A stretch of DNA of 64,000 nt from an uncultured Nitrososphaeraceae archaeon (GTDB lineage: Archaea > Thermoproteota > Nitrososphaeria > Nitrososphaerales > Nitrososphaeraceae). The DNA lies in NCBI GenBank assembly GCA_963765895.1, contig CAVXZB010000023.1:32001-96000 (forward strand), read 5' to 3'. The translations under genes were made by a program, and so were the position numbers. Each line of letters starts with the position of its first letter. The first letter of the stretch is position 1. A model generated the notes under the pieces. The model saw only the letters and a program-made list of their open reading frames with translations. It searched no databases and was not told the DNA's origin. This document shows, in pieces, positions 52,337-63,142 of the stretch.

Positions 52337-53443
52337 CTACGAAACATGGTATCTTAACAGAGCAACTATTCCACCTAGTGAAGTCACTCGGAGTCCCATG
52401 TCAGTTGATGAATCAACTGCATATGTATTTGCACCCTGTCGTTCAACCTTATTCAATAACTGTATTATCGTATCCTCTTCTGCATTTGAATATACAGAAT
52501 CAGAGAAGGCCAAACTCTCAATAGCTCCTACGAAAGCTGCTTTTGAAACTTCCTTCATACCCATAGCGTATTTTGGGATCCCCTTTTGTACTTGTCGCAT
52601 TATTTCATCTATGATTTTTGAGACAGCAACAATTTTACTTGTACTCATAACATCCTTGGCTGAATCTGAGCGAAGAAATACTAGGATTCCGTCTTCGCCA
52701 GCGACATCTACTCCATTAACTATCAATAGTCTTTCATTGCTGATGGACGGCTTGTCGGCCATTAGGAAATTATAGAGAGTACGTTTTGTTTCTCCCGGAC
52801 CAAATACAAGTATTCTTGTTTCAACATCGGTATCGACGGTATCACCAACTGTTCTATCTATGGATCTGATCATCCTGGCAATATCACCTAGAAAGGTGTC
52901 TAGGCTATTGTGCCTAGAATGTTGCGGATATCGCTTGCCACTATAACCAGAATATATGTTCTGAATAATATTGAGATGCGTTCCAGAGAGTTTGGCAACT
53001 GCTGCCTCGCGATTATCAATTGCTACAAGGATAAAATTCGAGCCCGCATTGCTTAGAGATCTCTTTAGGATGGCGATCTCTGAGGCTTGCCACTCCCTTC
53101 CCTTATCAATGGTTATCGAATCACCTATCTGAATAGTAAGTGAATGATGCGCACCTCTTGGGACTAGATCGTTATCTGTATTTGTGATGATGCCTGAAAT
53201 TCGTAATCGATCTACGAGACTATCCAGGCTAACCTTTTCGACATTAATGGCGACTCTAATTTTGACGCGATCTCCTTTGTCAGGTCTTGAATACTCCTTG
53301 ATTTGTTTTATTACTCTGCTTGTGACAGAAATAACCTGATCATCTTTCTCGATTATCCTTCTTACTGTGAACAGATCATCTGCATCTTCAGGAATAATGT
53401 AATAGGCCTTTTCGGAGGATCCTTTAACATCTTTAACGATCAT
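52337..53443 (-). CDS. pelA: mRNA surveillance protein Pelota
   Basis: PEDADDLF, RLRISG, GAHHSL, GPGETK, SLGGIVALLRY. Confidence 0.93.
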   Translation of the reverse strand: MIVKDVKGSSEKAYYIIPEDADDLFTVRRIIEKDDQVISVTSRVIKQIKEYSRPDKGDRVKIRVAINVEKVSLDSLVDRLRISGIITNTDNDLVPRGAHHSLTIQIGDSITIDKGREWQASEIAILKRSLSNAGSNFILVAIDNREAAVAKLSGTHLNIIQNIYSGYSGKRYPQHSRHNSLDTFLGDIARMIRSIDRTVGDTVDTDVETRILVFGPGETKRTLYNFLMADKPSISNERLLIVNGVDVAGEDGILVFLRSDSAKDVMSTSKIVAVSKIIDEIMRQVQKGIPKYAMGMKEVSKAAFVGAIESLAFSDSVYSNAEEDTIIQLLNKVERQGANTYAVDSSTDMGLRVTSLGGIVALLRYHVS

Positions 53444-53525
53444 AGAAAAAGACTAAAATTTATCTAGTGCTCCATTCATTCTGCTTCTTCTTCTTCTTCT
53501 TCTTTTCACTTAATTCTTAGCTCGC

Positions 53526-53960
53526 TTAAGGTATGGAGCCAGATGGAGACCCTTGTTCACTATTCTTGTATTTGATTTGAGGTGATTTCAAATAACCATC
53601 TACCCATTCTTGAGTAAGAACTCCGGATTGTACAAGATTAACAAGAGCATTAGCCGAGGCTTCTCCCTGCACTTTTCCAGATCTCTTCCTCGTCTGCCTC
53701 CACTTTAGTTGAGTATTACCACTCTTTGACGAATAGATAATCCCTAGGATTTCTTTGACGTTAACAAATGTCATTTCACGAATCCTTTTTAACGTAACTT
53801 TGTCAGCCGCCTCTATATATATAGCGCCTGGACCCTCTTCACGTTCTGGAAAAACCTCATAATCTCGAAGATATATTTCAGGAATGAAGGATCTGCATGT
53901 ACTAAAGATAATAAACTGTCGAAAATTCTCAAGTGACGCAGTTGTTTCGATATGCACCAA
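53526..53960 (-). CDS. hypothetical protein
   Basis: 144-aa ORF upstream of pelota with TATA (TTTTATATA) upstream. Confidence 0.75.
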   Translation of the reverse strand: MVHIETTASLENFRQFIIFSTCRSFIPEIYLRDYEVFPEREEGPGAIYIEAADKVTLKRIREMTFVNVKEILGIIYSSKSGNTQLKWRQTRKRSGKVQGEASANALVNLVQSGVLTQEWVDGYLKSPQIKYKNSEQGSPSGSIP

Positions 53961-54385
53961 TTTACGGTATATAAAAAGATTTAGCCACTTATCAAGTTTA
54001 TGAACTTACGTCTTAGAACAACAGAATTGTATTTATTATTCTAGACAGACTCCAAACTCAAGATCTACATCACTGGAAACTCAGTAGGGCTGGTTTCGTC
54101 ATCGTTTGTCTAATCTTATTTTCTCGCTAGTTATATAAAAGTGATTGTTTGCTGTGAGACTAAACAATGCATCTTTAAAAATTATCAGGAAGCATATCAC
54201 ATTTGAAGAAAACCGCTATAATTTTAACAATTGTACTTTAGTTAGATCAGTACAGCATTTCCTCATTCAGGAATGTGGAAGAATGCCGTCCACAACGCTG
54301 AACCTGTAACAAATGCAAAGTGGGCCGAGTCCCAATCTTACCATGATTGGTTTAGTCTCTGTACAGATACTTGTTCGAATGTTTC

Positions 54386-56110
54386 TTAAGCTCCAGCCAT
54401 ACCATTACGAAGCTCGACGCCTTTATGATCATCGCCGATCCCTGCAGACTCGGCAGTCTGCCTTGTGCATCTCAGACATGGCGCATCCCATTTCAGCTTC
54501 TGGTTTACCGCGTCGCATTAGTCCTCTATACAAACCTGCTTCAAGTGTGTGACCTTGGGTTCGCTCCCATTCCTCTACTGGAATGCTATACTTCTTCTGA
54601 ATTCTATCTCGGTACCATTCTGGAATGACATTAAAGGCACAGAATGGGATTATTCTAAGATCAGGAGTAACATAATGGATGTCGCATCTTTGTAATCTCT
54701 CCAGATCTTCATTATATTTATCTTGAAAGTGCATCATCCCCAAAAATAGTGATCTCCCGTGCCATGACCCGACTGAGTCAAAGTTCTGTTTCAAGAGAAT
54801 ACTTGAAAACATTTTTGCAAGATCCAAGCCGCGCGCGGCTGTTTGCTTTTGTCAACAAACTGATTAAGCTTGTGCATTACTTTTAATATTGCTAAATATC
54901 TGTTAGAACCTGATTTTATTTCATCACTTTTCTCTTCAAAGTATTCTAGCAATCCCCTAATATCGACAAAACTAGTGAGTGGGGTTAATTTCTTTGTCTC
55001 CGAGTCTTCAAATACATATGTACCCGCACCGCATGCGAAATGAATAGAAAGCTCATATTTCGGCTTCTTTGAAAAAGCTTCTATGATATCAGTCATTGGC
55101 ATGCATGACGGAACTGGAAACCATGCATCGGTAGTGATCTGACCATTTGTTTGCTCCTCAATTCTTTTGATACAATCAGGGATCGTGATTCTATACTTTT
55201 CCCGTTCCTTCTTTGACATTCTACCAGTTAATGAAACAGGCTGGAAATTCACTGCATGCACAACATCCATATTCTTTTGTGCATATCCAATTATTCCTCC
55301 CAATTCATGATCATTAATGGATTTAATCACAGTTGGTACAAATACAACCGTCATTCCACACTTTCTTGCAGATTCTAAGGTATACGGAACTTCCCAATAG
55401 TTCTTTGGATTAGTTCTAGGAGTAACTCCATCAAACGAAAGATAAAGATTGCTAACACCAGCTGTTCTTATTTGTCTCATGGTTTCGGGAGAAAGCGCCA
55501 ACTTTATGCCATTCGTATTCATCTGAATATGGTCAACACCTTCTTCTTTCATTATGCGAATCAGCTCAGTAATATCATCTCTTAGCATAGGTTCACCCCC
55601 GGTTATCTGAATTGAATTTCCTGCAATTGGTTTTTGAGCTTTCAACGTCTTCATCATTGCTCTTACTTGCTCATGATTTGGTTCATACAAGTACGCACCT
55701 TCAAGACCTTTCTTGACATAGAAAAAGCAATACCAACATGTCAAATCGCATCTATTGGTCACTATCATATTTGCCAAACCTGAATGCGACAAGTGATTTG
55801 TACAGAGCCCACAATTCGTTGGACATGCACATTTATCGATCATAACATTCGGGGCTTGGGCTCCCTTTCCATCCTTCCAATATGTACTGAATTTTTTATA
55901 CATGTCATAAGATCCGAAATACAATTCCTCACATTCACCGTGAGAGGGGCAATTCTTGGTCATGTAGACCTGACCTCCCCGTTCAAAAACTTCTGCGTCT
56001 AATATCATATTACAATCTGGACATATACTCTGGGTGAACCTTATGGAATGTTTAGATACATCATTTGTCCTTGTTGATAGATTCGAAATCTGAATTAAAT
56101 CCATAGTCAA
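54386..56110 (-). CDS. tes: radical SAM tetraether (GDGT) lipid synthase; frameshifts at about 54833 and 54457
   Basis: TQSICPDC...KNCPSHG, CPTNCGLCTNH, TNRCDLTCWYCF, TGGEP, NFQPVS..GR, HFACG, GMMHFQD.YN.D.ERLQRCDIHY, IIPFCAFN. Confidence 0.88.
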
Positions 56111-56293
56111 TTATCTACAATACCTTTTACGACTAGCACATTTTATCTATATAAATATAACCTACCTACTCCTAAGGTGAATGGGTAGTTAGAGAAAATG
56201 TCTAAAAAGATAAATAAAAATATTCTAGAAGTGAGGTTTATCAGCCTTAAAGGTAAATATATTACAAACTTTAACTTGTTCTAACCCCTAGAC

Positions 56294-57121
56294 ATGAGTA
56301 TTAGCGACAAATCGAAGAAAGCTATGGAGAGCCTTGGTCTAACAGGCTATGAAATCCGAGTATATATGGCCCTATTGGAGTACGGTCAAATGACTGCAGC
56401 TGCTATTAGCAAGACGTCAAGCGTGCCATATTCTAAGATTTATGAAGTCTTAAATAGTTTAGAGGACAATGGCTGGCTCGAGTCAGATAGCTCTAGACCG
56501 CAGAAGTTCTTCCCAAAGTCTCCTTCAACAGCGCTTGATGCTATGAAGATGCGAATGGAAAATGTTATACGCGATAATCAAAACCTTATCCAAAGTGAGC
56601 TAATGCCGATTTACGAAAAGAGTGGCATGAAAGAGAAGCCAGAGATATGGGTGGTACGTGGCGTTTATAATATTGCTGCCAAAGTTAATGAAATCATTGA
56701 AACCTCTGAACAAGAGTTGCTTATAGCATTACCTCAGGCGGCAGAAGATATTGCAAAGCTTACTCAGCCTCTCCTAAGAATGTCTCACGAAAAAGGTGTA
56801 AGAATTACAGTACTTGTCTCTGAAGAAACAAGCCAAGAAACCGTGCGGATGATATCTAGAGTAGCCAGTGTAAGGCTCAAGAACAATATGTTTGGTGGCG
56901 GGGTCATAGGAGATAGTAGACAAGTTGTGATATTGTTGGCTGAGGGTAGAAGCGATAATGGGGCTGTTGAACCCATAGCTATTTGGGCCGATCATCCGGG
57001 TTTGGCTCGTTTTGCCAAGGATTATTTTCAATATCTTTGGACTGATGCAGGTGGAGAGGACAAGCAAAATGTCAATAATCTCACCAAGTCTAATCCTAGC
57101 GCAGTTGATAATCAGGCTTAG
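56294..57121 (+). CDS. TrmB family transcriptional regulator
   Basis: LGLTGYEIRVY, VPYSKIYEVLNSLE..GW, RP..F.P.SP, C-terminal effector domain. Confidence 0.92.
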   Translation: MSISDKSKKAMESLGLTGYEIRVYMALLEYGQMTAAAISKTSSVPYSKIYEVLNSLEDNGWLESDSSRPQKFFPKSPSTALDAMKMRMENVIRDNQNLIQSELMPIYEKSGMKEKPEIWVVRGVYNIAAKVNEIIETSEQELLIALPQAAEDIAKLTQPLLRMSHEKGVRITVLVSEETSQETVRMISRVASVRLKNNMFGGGVIGDSRQVVILLAEGRSDNGAVEPIAIWADHPGLARFAKDYFQYLWTDAGGEDKQNVNNLTKSNPSAVDNQA

Positions 57122-57332
57122 TGATTCGTAAAGTTATTACCGATACCTAATACTGATACTCTAAATAAATTGTAACATTAACAGATAGACTAAGAAACTT
57201 AGCCAAATTACTTACATTAATATAAATTTGAATTGCGTCTAATTGACATTTGCAAAATTACTTGTGGACGATCCTGAGACCAGGAACTACAGACGAGTCT
57301 ACATGACGATAGGGTTATATTTAAAGTAAGAG

Positions 57333-58257
57333 ATGTCGGTAACTATGTCCACTGGCATGAAATATGTACAAATCGAACCTTTAGGAGATATCGCAATCAT
57401 TAGGATCAACAGACCAGAAGCTCTAAACGCCATGAATACGGATGTTATCGCAGAGCTATCTAGGGCAATTGAAATAGTTGGTGTTGATGACGGCATAAAG
57501 GTTGTAATTATAACTGGCTCTGGTGAAAAAGCATTTTGCGCTGGTGCAGATATTGCATTCATGGTTAACATCGACCCCGTGCAAGCAGAAAAATATGCGA
57601 GTTCTGCACAAAGTGTTCTCAATAAAATAGAAAGGATGGGAAAACCAGTTATTGCAGCCATAAATGGGTATGCATTAGGCGGCGGCTGCGAGCTTGCATT
57701 GGTATGTGATATACGAATTGCCGCGAGGTACTGCCAGAATAGGGCAACCCGAAGTTACAATAGGAATTCCACCCGGATGGGGAGGAACTCAGAGGCTAGT
57801 CAGGATCGTCGGCCCCGCAAAGGCCAAGGAGTTGGTATTTACTGGCAAAATGATTACTGCAGAAGAGGCGTTCCAAATTGGTCTCGTAAACAAAGTAGTG
57901 AAATTAGATGAAACCCCTGTTGCGTCAGCCGCTCAAGTAGAATCCACTCAGGACCACGCAAAAACCTCAAGTGACAAGAGCGAGACTGAAAAGAAAGGAG
58001 CTTCAAATACTCAAGCTGGTTCTGATATTACCAAGACCCTTAATAAAAGGCTAATCGAAGATTGCATCCAATTTGCAAAAGAGATTACTAAAAATAGTAT
58101 CAATGCAGTTAAAACTAGTAAAATGTTGATTAATAAAGGTATGGATGTTGATATAGATGCAGGACTTCGGTTAGAGATTTATGGATGGGCTTTATGCTTT
58201 GCTCATGGTGACAGACAGAAAATGATGTCCGACTTCCTAAACAAAGGAAAGAAATAG
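57333..58257 (+). CDS. enoyl-CoA hydratase (crotonyl-CoA hydratase / 3-hydroxypropionyl-CoA dehydratase type); frameshift at about 57727
   Basis: [47 protein letters not shown]. Confidence 0.9.
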
Positions 58258-58384
58258 GCTTCGAAATGATAACGCAGAAAGCTTGACATTTAGTGATGGT
58301 ATGCATCTGATGCCACGAGTCTAGATTGTTCTACAGCATTATGTGGGATGAATGCGAAATTTAAGTAGCATTATTTCCTAAATG

Positions 58385-59413
58385 CTATTTAGATACCTCA
58401 ACTATTTTCGCGCCTTGACTTGGGCGACATACGATTGCTTTGGTATTTTTTATACCAGCCTCGAGAAATCCCTCAGCCATAGAATTAGCTACACGACTTG
58501 CAGTCTTTTTATCATTAAGGATAGAGATCATGGAAGGACCTGCACCACTAATCGTAACGGCTAGGGCCCCTTCATTTAGTGCATTTCGCTTTACCAAATC
58601 GTATCCAGGAATTAAATGTCTTCTCGATGGTTCGACGATGAGGTCGTTTATGCCTTTTGCGATCATCGTAGTATCCTTCAGTGCAAACCCTGCTACTACT
58701 ATACTTGCATTAGATATGTTTTGTATTACATCGTCCAATGGAATTGTCTTGGGCAGGACGCTCCTGGCTACGGCAGTCTTTTTTAGAGGAACATTCATAA
58801 CTGGAACAGCTATAGCCAGAAATAGATCATTAGGAACATCAAGTCTTACGAAATCAATGTCTGGAGCAGAACGGACTATAACAAAACCTCCAAGCATAGA
58901 GCCAGAAACATTATCATAATGTATCGTACCGGCACTTGCTATCTCTCCTTCTGCTGCATACCTAATAAGCCTGTTCCGAGGGAGCCGTAAGTTGAATAAG
59001 CCGTCGAATGCAAGTGCAGCAGCGGCAGCAGAGGCAGCGCTACTACCCATTCCATAGCCTGTGGGTATTTTCTTTAAGATATGAAGATCTAGATCCCAAT
59101 TCGTCTTGCATTTCAGATTAAGGTCATACATCATCCTTCTAACCACTAACCCGGCAGTATTCTCGCTTGCGTTCGGAGAAATTGTCTCAGAGCCATCACC
59201 TGACAAGGCAAGCTTGACATGAGGCACAGGATCTTCTATCTTCTTTCCTCTTGTAATTGTGACAACGTCCTCGAACGCATCAAGGCCTAGTCCGAATACG
59301 TCGAAGCCAGGACCTAGATTAGCAGTTGATGAATGTGCAACTGCACTGCAAGTTATGAATTCAGTGCGCTCCTCATTGGAGGCATCTGAACTTCTGGTGG
59401 GCATCATGGCCAT
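58385..59413 (-). CDS. thrB: homoserine kinase
   Basis: STANLGPGFD, GMGSSAAS, HYDNV, ISGAGPS. Confidence 0.95.
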   Translation of the reverse strand: MAMMPTRSSDASNEERTEFITCSAVAHSSTANLGPGFDVFGLGLDAFEDVVTITRGKKIEDPVPHVKLALSGDGSETISPNASENTAGLVVRRMMYDLNLKCKTNWDLDLHILKKIPTGYGMGSSAASAAAAALAFDGLFNLRLPRNRLIRYAAEGEIASAGTIHYDNVSGSMLGGFVIVRSAPDIDFVRLDVPNDLFLAIAVPVMNVPLKKTAVARSVLPKTIPLDDVIQNISNASIVVAGFALKDTTMIAKGINDLIVEPSRRHLIPGYDLVKRNALNEGALAVTISGAGPSMISILNDKKTASRVANSMAEGFLEAGIKNTKAIVCRPSQGAKIVEVSK

Positions 59414-59423
59414 TCACTATATA

Positions 59424-60200
59424 TCAGTCTCTTACTTCCTCCCCTTGATTAAGTATTCTTGCAAGAGCTGCAACCAGATTTACCATTCCACTCATTGTGA
59501 GATTAGAAATTGCGAAAAGATCCTCTGCGAACCCTCCCAAGTTATAACTTCTTGCTATTTCTTTGCATAAAAGAGAATACTCACTGTCTTTCTCACTATC
59601 AAGACTCTTTTCTAAAGAAGTCATCGAAGTAGACCATTCGAGTATATCCTGCAATCTATCAAGTAATAGATCTCGTTTTGTCAAGGCATTTATTTGTGCC
59701 ATCTTCAATCGTAACTTTACAGCGGATGACAACAATGAGATGGAAATATAGTTAACAGGTGATGAAACTAGCATCCCGTCAAAAACAAAAAGCGATGCCT
59801 TATTATCCGCTTGAAAATTTGTCACAAAATATGGTCCACTAGCTCTAAATGCAAATAATTCAATTTGTCCTGGTGTGTCAATAATGACGTAATCTGGATT
59901 TAGCTCGTTTACCTCAGTCTGGATTTCATCCAGTCGAGTTGCTATCAGATCGCTTGCCATGACTAGGGAACCGTTGGGACCTAGATCATATTTTTCCATT
60001 AGAGTATTAACTTCAATATAGTCCCTTACATCTACATCTGGCTCGTATGGCAATTTGAAGGATCCTGGGTCTAAATTAAGACTCACCGGGTAGGCGCTAT
60101 TATCTTTATACCATTGAATTAATCTTGATGTTAAGGCAGATTTTCCCGACCCCGCTGTCCCAGTTATAAATATAGCATCCAAATGATTTCTTTCCAACAA
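59424..60200 (-). CDS. GPN-loop GTPase
   Basis: GTAGSGKS, NLDPG, LGPNG, DTPGQIELF. Confidence 0.93.
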   Translation of the reverse strand: MLERNHLDAIFITGTAGSGKSALTSRLIQWYKDNSAYPVSLNLDPGSFKLPYEPDVDVRDYIEVNTLMEKYDLGPNGSLVMASDLIATRLDEIQTEVNELNPDYVIIDTPGQIELFAFRASGPYFVTNFQADNKASLFVFDGMLVSSPVNYISISLLSSAVKLRLKMAQINALTKRDLLLDRLQDILEWSTSMTSLEKSLDSEKDSEYSLLCKEIARSYNLGGFAEDLFAISNLTMSGMVNLVAALARILNQGEEVRD

Positions 60201-60271
60201 TGAGGACGTTTTGTCTTATTAGTTTCTATTGATTATTATATGACTCTATTGTAGACCATGATTGAGCCTTA

Positions 60272-61474
60272 ATGAACTGGCGGCTGATAGCAATTCCGGC
60301 TAGTATAGTACCTTTCCTTATTATGATTTTTTTTATTCATATTTCTCCAGCGGATATCTTCAAGGTCGGCCTAGTTCCATTTATTTTTTCTTCTATGTCA
60401 ATCATGGGCAAATACCTACTGCAAGCCGTCAGGTTCAAATATTTCATTAAAAAATTCATAGGACATAATGTCGGTACTACAGGTGAAACAATTTGTGCGA
60501 GTTTAGGAGGCCAGTTTGTTACTCAAACCACACCATCTTACGTAGGAGGAGAACTAGTAAGGATTGCATGGTTGACCAAGAAGGGCGTATTGACTGGAAA
60601 AGCCGCTTGGATCACTACAATGGAGATCGTAGCTGATGTGTTCGTTGGTACTTTCCTTGCATTCATGGCAGGAGCAGTATCAATCTTGCACGGAGGTTAC
60701 TTCATTGGAATCATAGTCATATTGATTACGATCCCGACCTTTGCTTTCTGGTTTCTATTAATGTTCTTTTCTGCTCGACGTGTTTTGAGGCTACCTTCAT
60801 TCTCTTTGCTGGTAGTTCAAAGGTTTGTTCCAAGAGAAAGGGCGCAAAGATCTATCAACTCCATCAACACTGCTATTGCAGATCTATGTCAAATGAGTAG
60901 AGAAAACTTTAATTCAAAAACTGCCGGCAAGACCTTTGCAGTAGGGATTGCAATCACATTTTTGGCATTCATTCTACAGGGTGTGTCGTTTATGGTGCTA
61001 ATTGATACGGTCGGACCGTATCTTGGCATCTTTGATTCAGTTATGGCCACCTCGGCATCTACTGCGTTATCAAATTTACCCATCACGATAGGCGGATCCG
61101 GACTTGCAGAACTGGGAATGTGGGCATATATTTCGAATTTGAATAGCCTTCCTTCGCTTCACGATCTAACAATAAACTCACACTTGAGTGTAATAATCGC
61201 ATGGAGGATCGCATCTTATCATGTTCCATTAGTAATCACTTGGATTGCCCTTATGAGACTTGCATTAGGCAAAGTCACAGTTACGAAAGCGCAGCACTCT
61301 AAGTTTATAGATAAAGCGGAACTTCCTGATTCTCTAGATTCTCCAGACAAAGAGTCTAACTCATATAATGCGAGCGAGATCAAACATAGAAAGAATATTA
61401 ATTTGGACAAAACCTCCGCTGAATCAAAAGATTGGAAAGATAAGAAGGACGGAAATGACACCGTAAATATATAG
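60272..61474 (+). CDS. lysylphosphatidylglycerol synthase TM / AglD2-like flippase family membrane protein
   Basis: Multiple TM helices, TPSYVGGELVR, PITIGGSGLAE, WRIASY. Confidence 0.85.
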   Translation: MNWRLIAIPASIVPFLIMIFFIHISPADIFKVGLVPFIFSSMSIMGKYLLQAVRFKYFIKKFIGHNVGTTGETICASLGGQFVTQTTPSYVGGELVRIAWLTKKGVLTGKAAWITTMEIVADVFVGTFLAFMAGAVSILHGGYFIGIIVILITIPTFAFWFLLMFFSARRVLRLPSFSLLVVQRFVPRERAQRSINSINTAIADLCQMSRENFNSKTAGKTFAVGIAITFLAFILQGVSFMVLIDTVGPYLGIFDSVMATSASTALSNLPITIGGSGLAELGMWAYISNLNSLPSLHDLTINSHLSVIIAWRIASYHVPLVITWIALMRLALGKVTVTKAQHSKFIDKAELPDSLDSPDKESNSYNASEIKHRKNINLDKTSAESKDWKDKKDGNDTVNI

Positions 61475-61562
61475 GAATCCTGTTCCTTATATAGTGAACA
61501 GGCAACTGCGTCTACGCAACTATTCTATTCTGGATAATTTATTAGTCTAAAGTCAGGCAAGA

Positions 61563-61997
61563 TTAGTCTGTTTCGTTATCCAGACTCTCAGCAGTTTCAG
61601 ATTCTACATCCATGAGCTGTAATTCCTGCAGTTCGAATTTATAAATCATATTCATATCAAGATTAAACTTTGTCCCCAAAAATTCTGTGACCTTTTCACT
61701 AAGAGGTCCTTTGTACATCTTTATCCTAAATTCATACACATAACCTTTCATGAACTCTCCTATATTCATTGACCTAGGAACATCCAAACCCTCAATAATG
61801 TTTCTACCATCAGGAAGAGATTCGTAAAGCTGAATATCTATTTTATAGTCATTTCCATAAATATCGAGTATGTAGCCAGTTCTGGTCAAGTTCTCTGGCT
61901 GATCAAATTGAACAGATTTGATCTCATCCTCAGCCCATTTAGGGATAGATTCATCTTGATCTTTAGTTTTGTTAGACGCACTCTTAGTCTTTCCCAT
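61563..61997 (-). CDS. hypothetical acidic protein
   Basis: 144-aa ATG ORF with protein-like composition. Confidence 0.75.
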   Translation of the reverse strand: MGKTKSASNKTKDQDESIPKWAEDEIKSVQFDQPENLTRTGYILDIYGNDYKIDIQLYESLPDGRNIIEGLDVPRSMNIGEFMKGYVYEFRIKMYKGPLSEKVTEFLGTKFNLDMNMIYKFELQELQLMDVESETAESLDNETD

Positions 61998-62261
61998 CTT
62001 AACACATGTACCGATCCATACTAGGTAAAAAGTCTTCTATAGAAACAGATGAATCTTCCCTTCGGGATCTCATAGCAAAGCTTATCGTCAGATTGCCTTC
62101 GGAGAATATCTGCTATTTTGCGGTAGATCTTGTACCTGTAATGAGGAGGAGACTATGTCACGGAAGTCAGTACTTGTTATTCCCAAATGAGTTTGGTGCA
62201 TATTAATTGGTAAGCAAAAATATGAAACAATATTAACCAATAGCGTACAGAGAGTTTTATT

Positions 62262-62381
62262 ATGGACTATGCATACAAGTGTGATAAGTGTAATAACCAA
62301 TTTCCGGACAAGGAAACCGCTACAGAACACAGAAATGCGACTGGACATCCGTTGAGCATGGTAACCTTGGAAGAGGGATAG
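62262..62381 (+). CDS. small C2H2 zinc-finger protein (39 aa; absent from the ORF track)
   Basis: MDYAYKCDKCNNQFPDKETATEHRNATGHPLSMVTLEEG*: Y-x-C-x2-C-x3-F-x8-H-x5-H. Confidence 0.75.
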   Translation: MDYAYKCDKCNNQFPDKETATEHRNATGHPLSMVTLEEG

Positions 62382-62612
62382 CCAATGTATGGGTTGTTAG
62401 CGATGCTATTTATTTGATTTCTGAACATTGTAGAAAGGAAAAACAATTAACTGTGCTAAACTCAAGTATATTCTACGAATAGGTGTTTATTTGGCATTTC
62501 TAAATAATATTAAATAAATAATATTAATTCAGGTATTTTCTGAACCCAAGTTATTTGGTTGGATTTCCCAATAAACCAACGCTTTTATCCTCGGAATCAT
62601 AATTTGTTTTGA

Positions 62613-63074
62613 ATGTCTGATGCAAGTCAGCTACTAGTCCGAAGAATCAAGGACGGAACGGTAATCGATCATATCGAAGCCGGGAAAGCATTAGTAGTCT
62701 TGCGCGTCATCGACATAACTGGTAAAGATGGGAACGTCATCACAGTAGCACTGAACGTACCAAGCAACAAACACATAAAAAAAGATATTGTCAAAATCGA
62801 AAACAGATTCTTGATGAAATATGAGACAGATAAACTTGCATTAATTGCTCCCCGGGCCACAATCAATATAATAAAGGACTATAAACTAGTCGAAAAGCGC
62901 AAAATTCAGCTTCCAGATTCTATAGTAGGAATTTTTAGATGTCCCAATCTTAAATGTATCAGTAATAGCGAGGAGGACATTAGATCTACGTTAGACATTG
63001 TAGATAAGCAAAACATCATACTTGAATGTAGGTACTGTGCGCGTACCCTTACGATTAATGACCTAGTGTCTTAA
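62613..63074 (+). CDS. pyrI: aspartate carbamoyltransferase regulatory subunit
   Basis: IKDGTVIDHI, KKDIVKIE, APRATINII, CPNLKCISN, CRYC. Confidence 0.96.
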   Translation: MSDASQLLVRRIKDGTVIDHIEAGKALVVLRVIDITGKDGNVITVALNVPSNKHIKKDIVKIENRFLMKYETDKLALIAPRATINIIKDYKLVEKRKIQLPDSIVGIFRCPNLKCISNSEEDIRSTLDIVDKQNIILECRYCARTLTINDLVS

Positions 63075-63142
63075 CCGATAGTGAATAATGGATTTATTAG
63101 AAATAGCCTATATGATCGGGCGATCATACTGCATAATATTTA

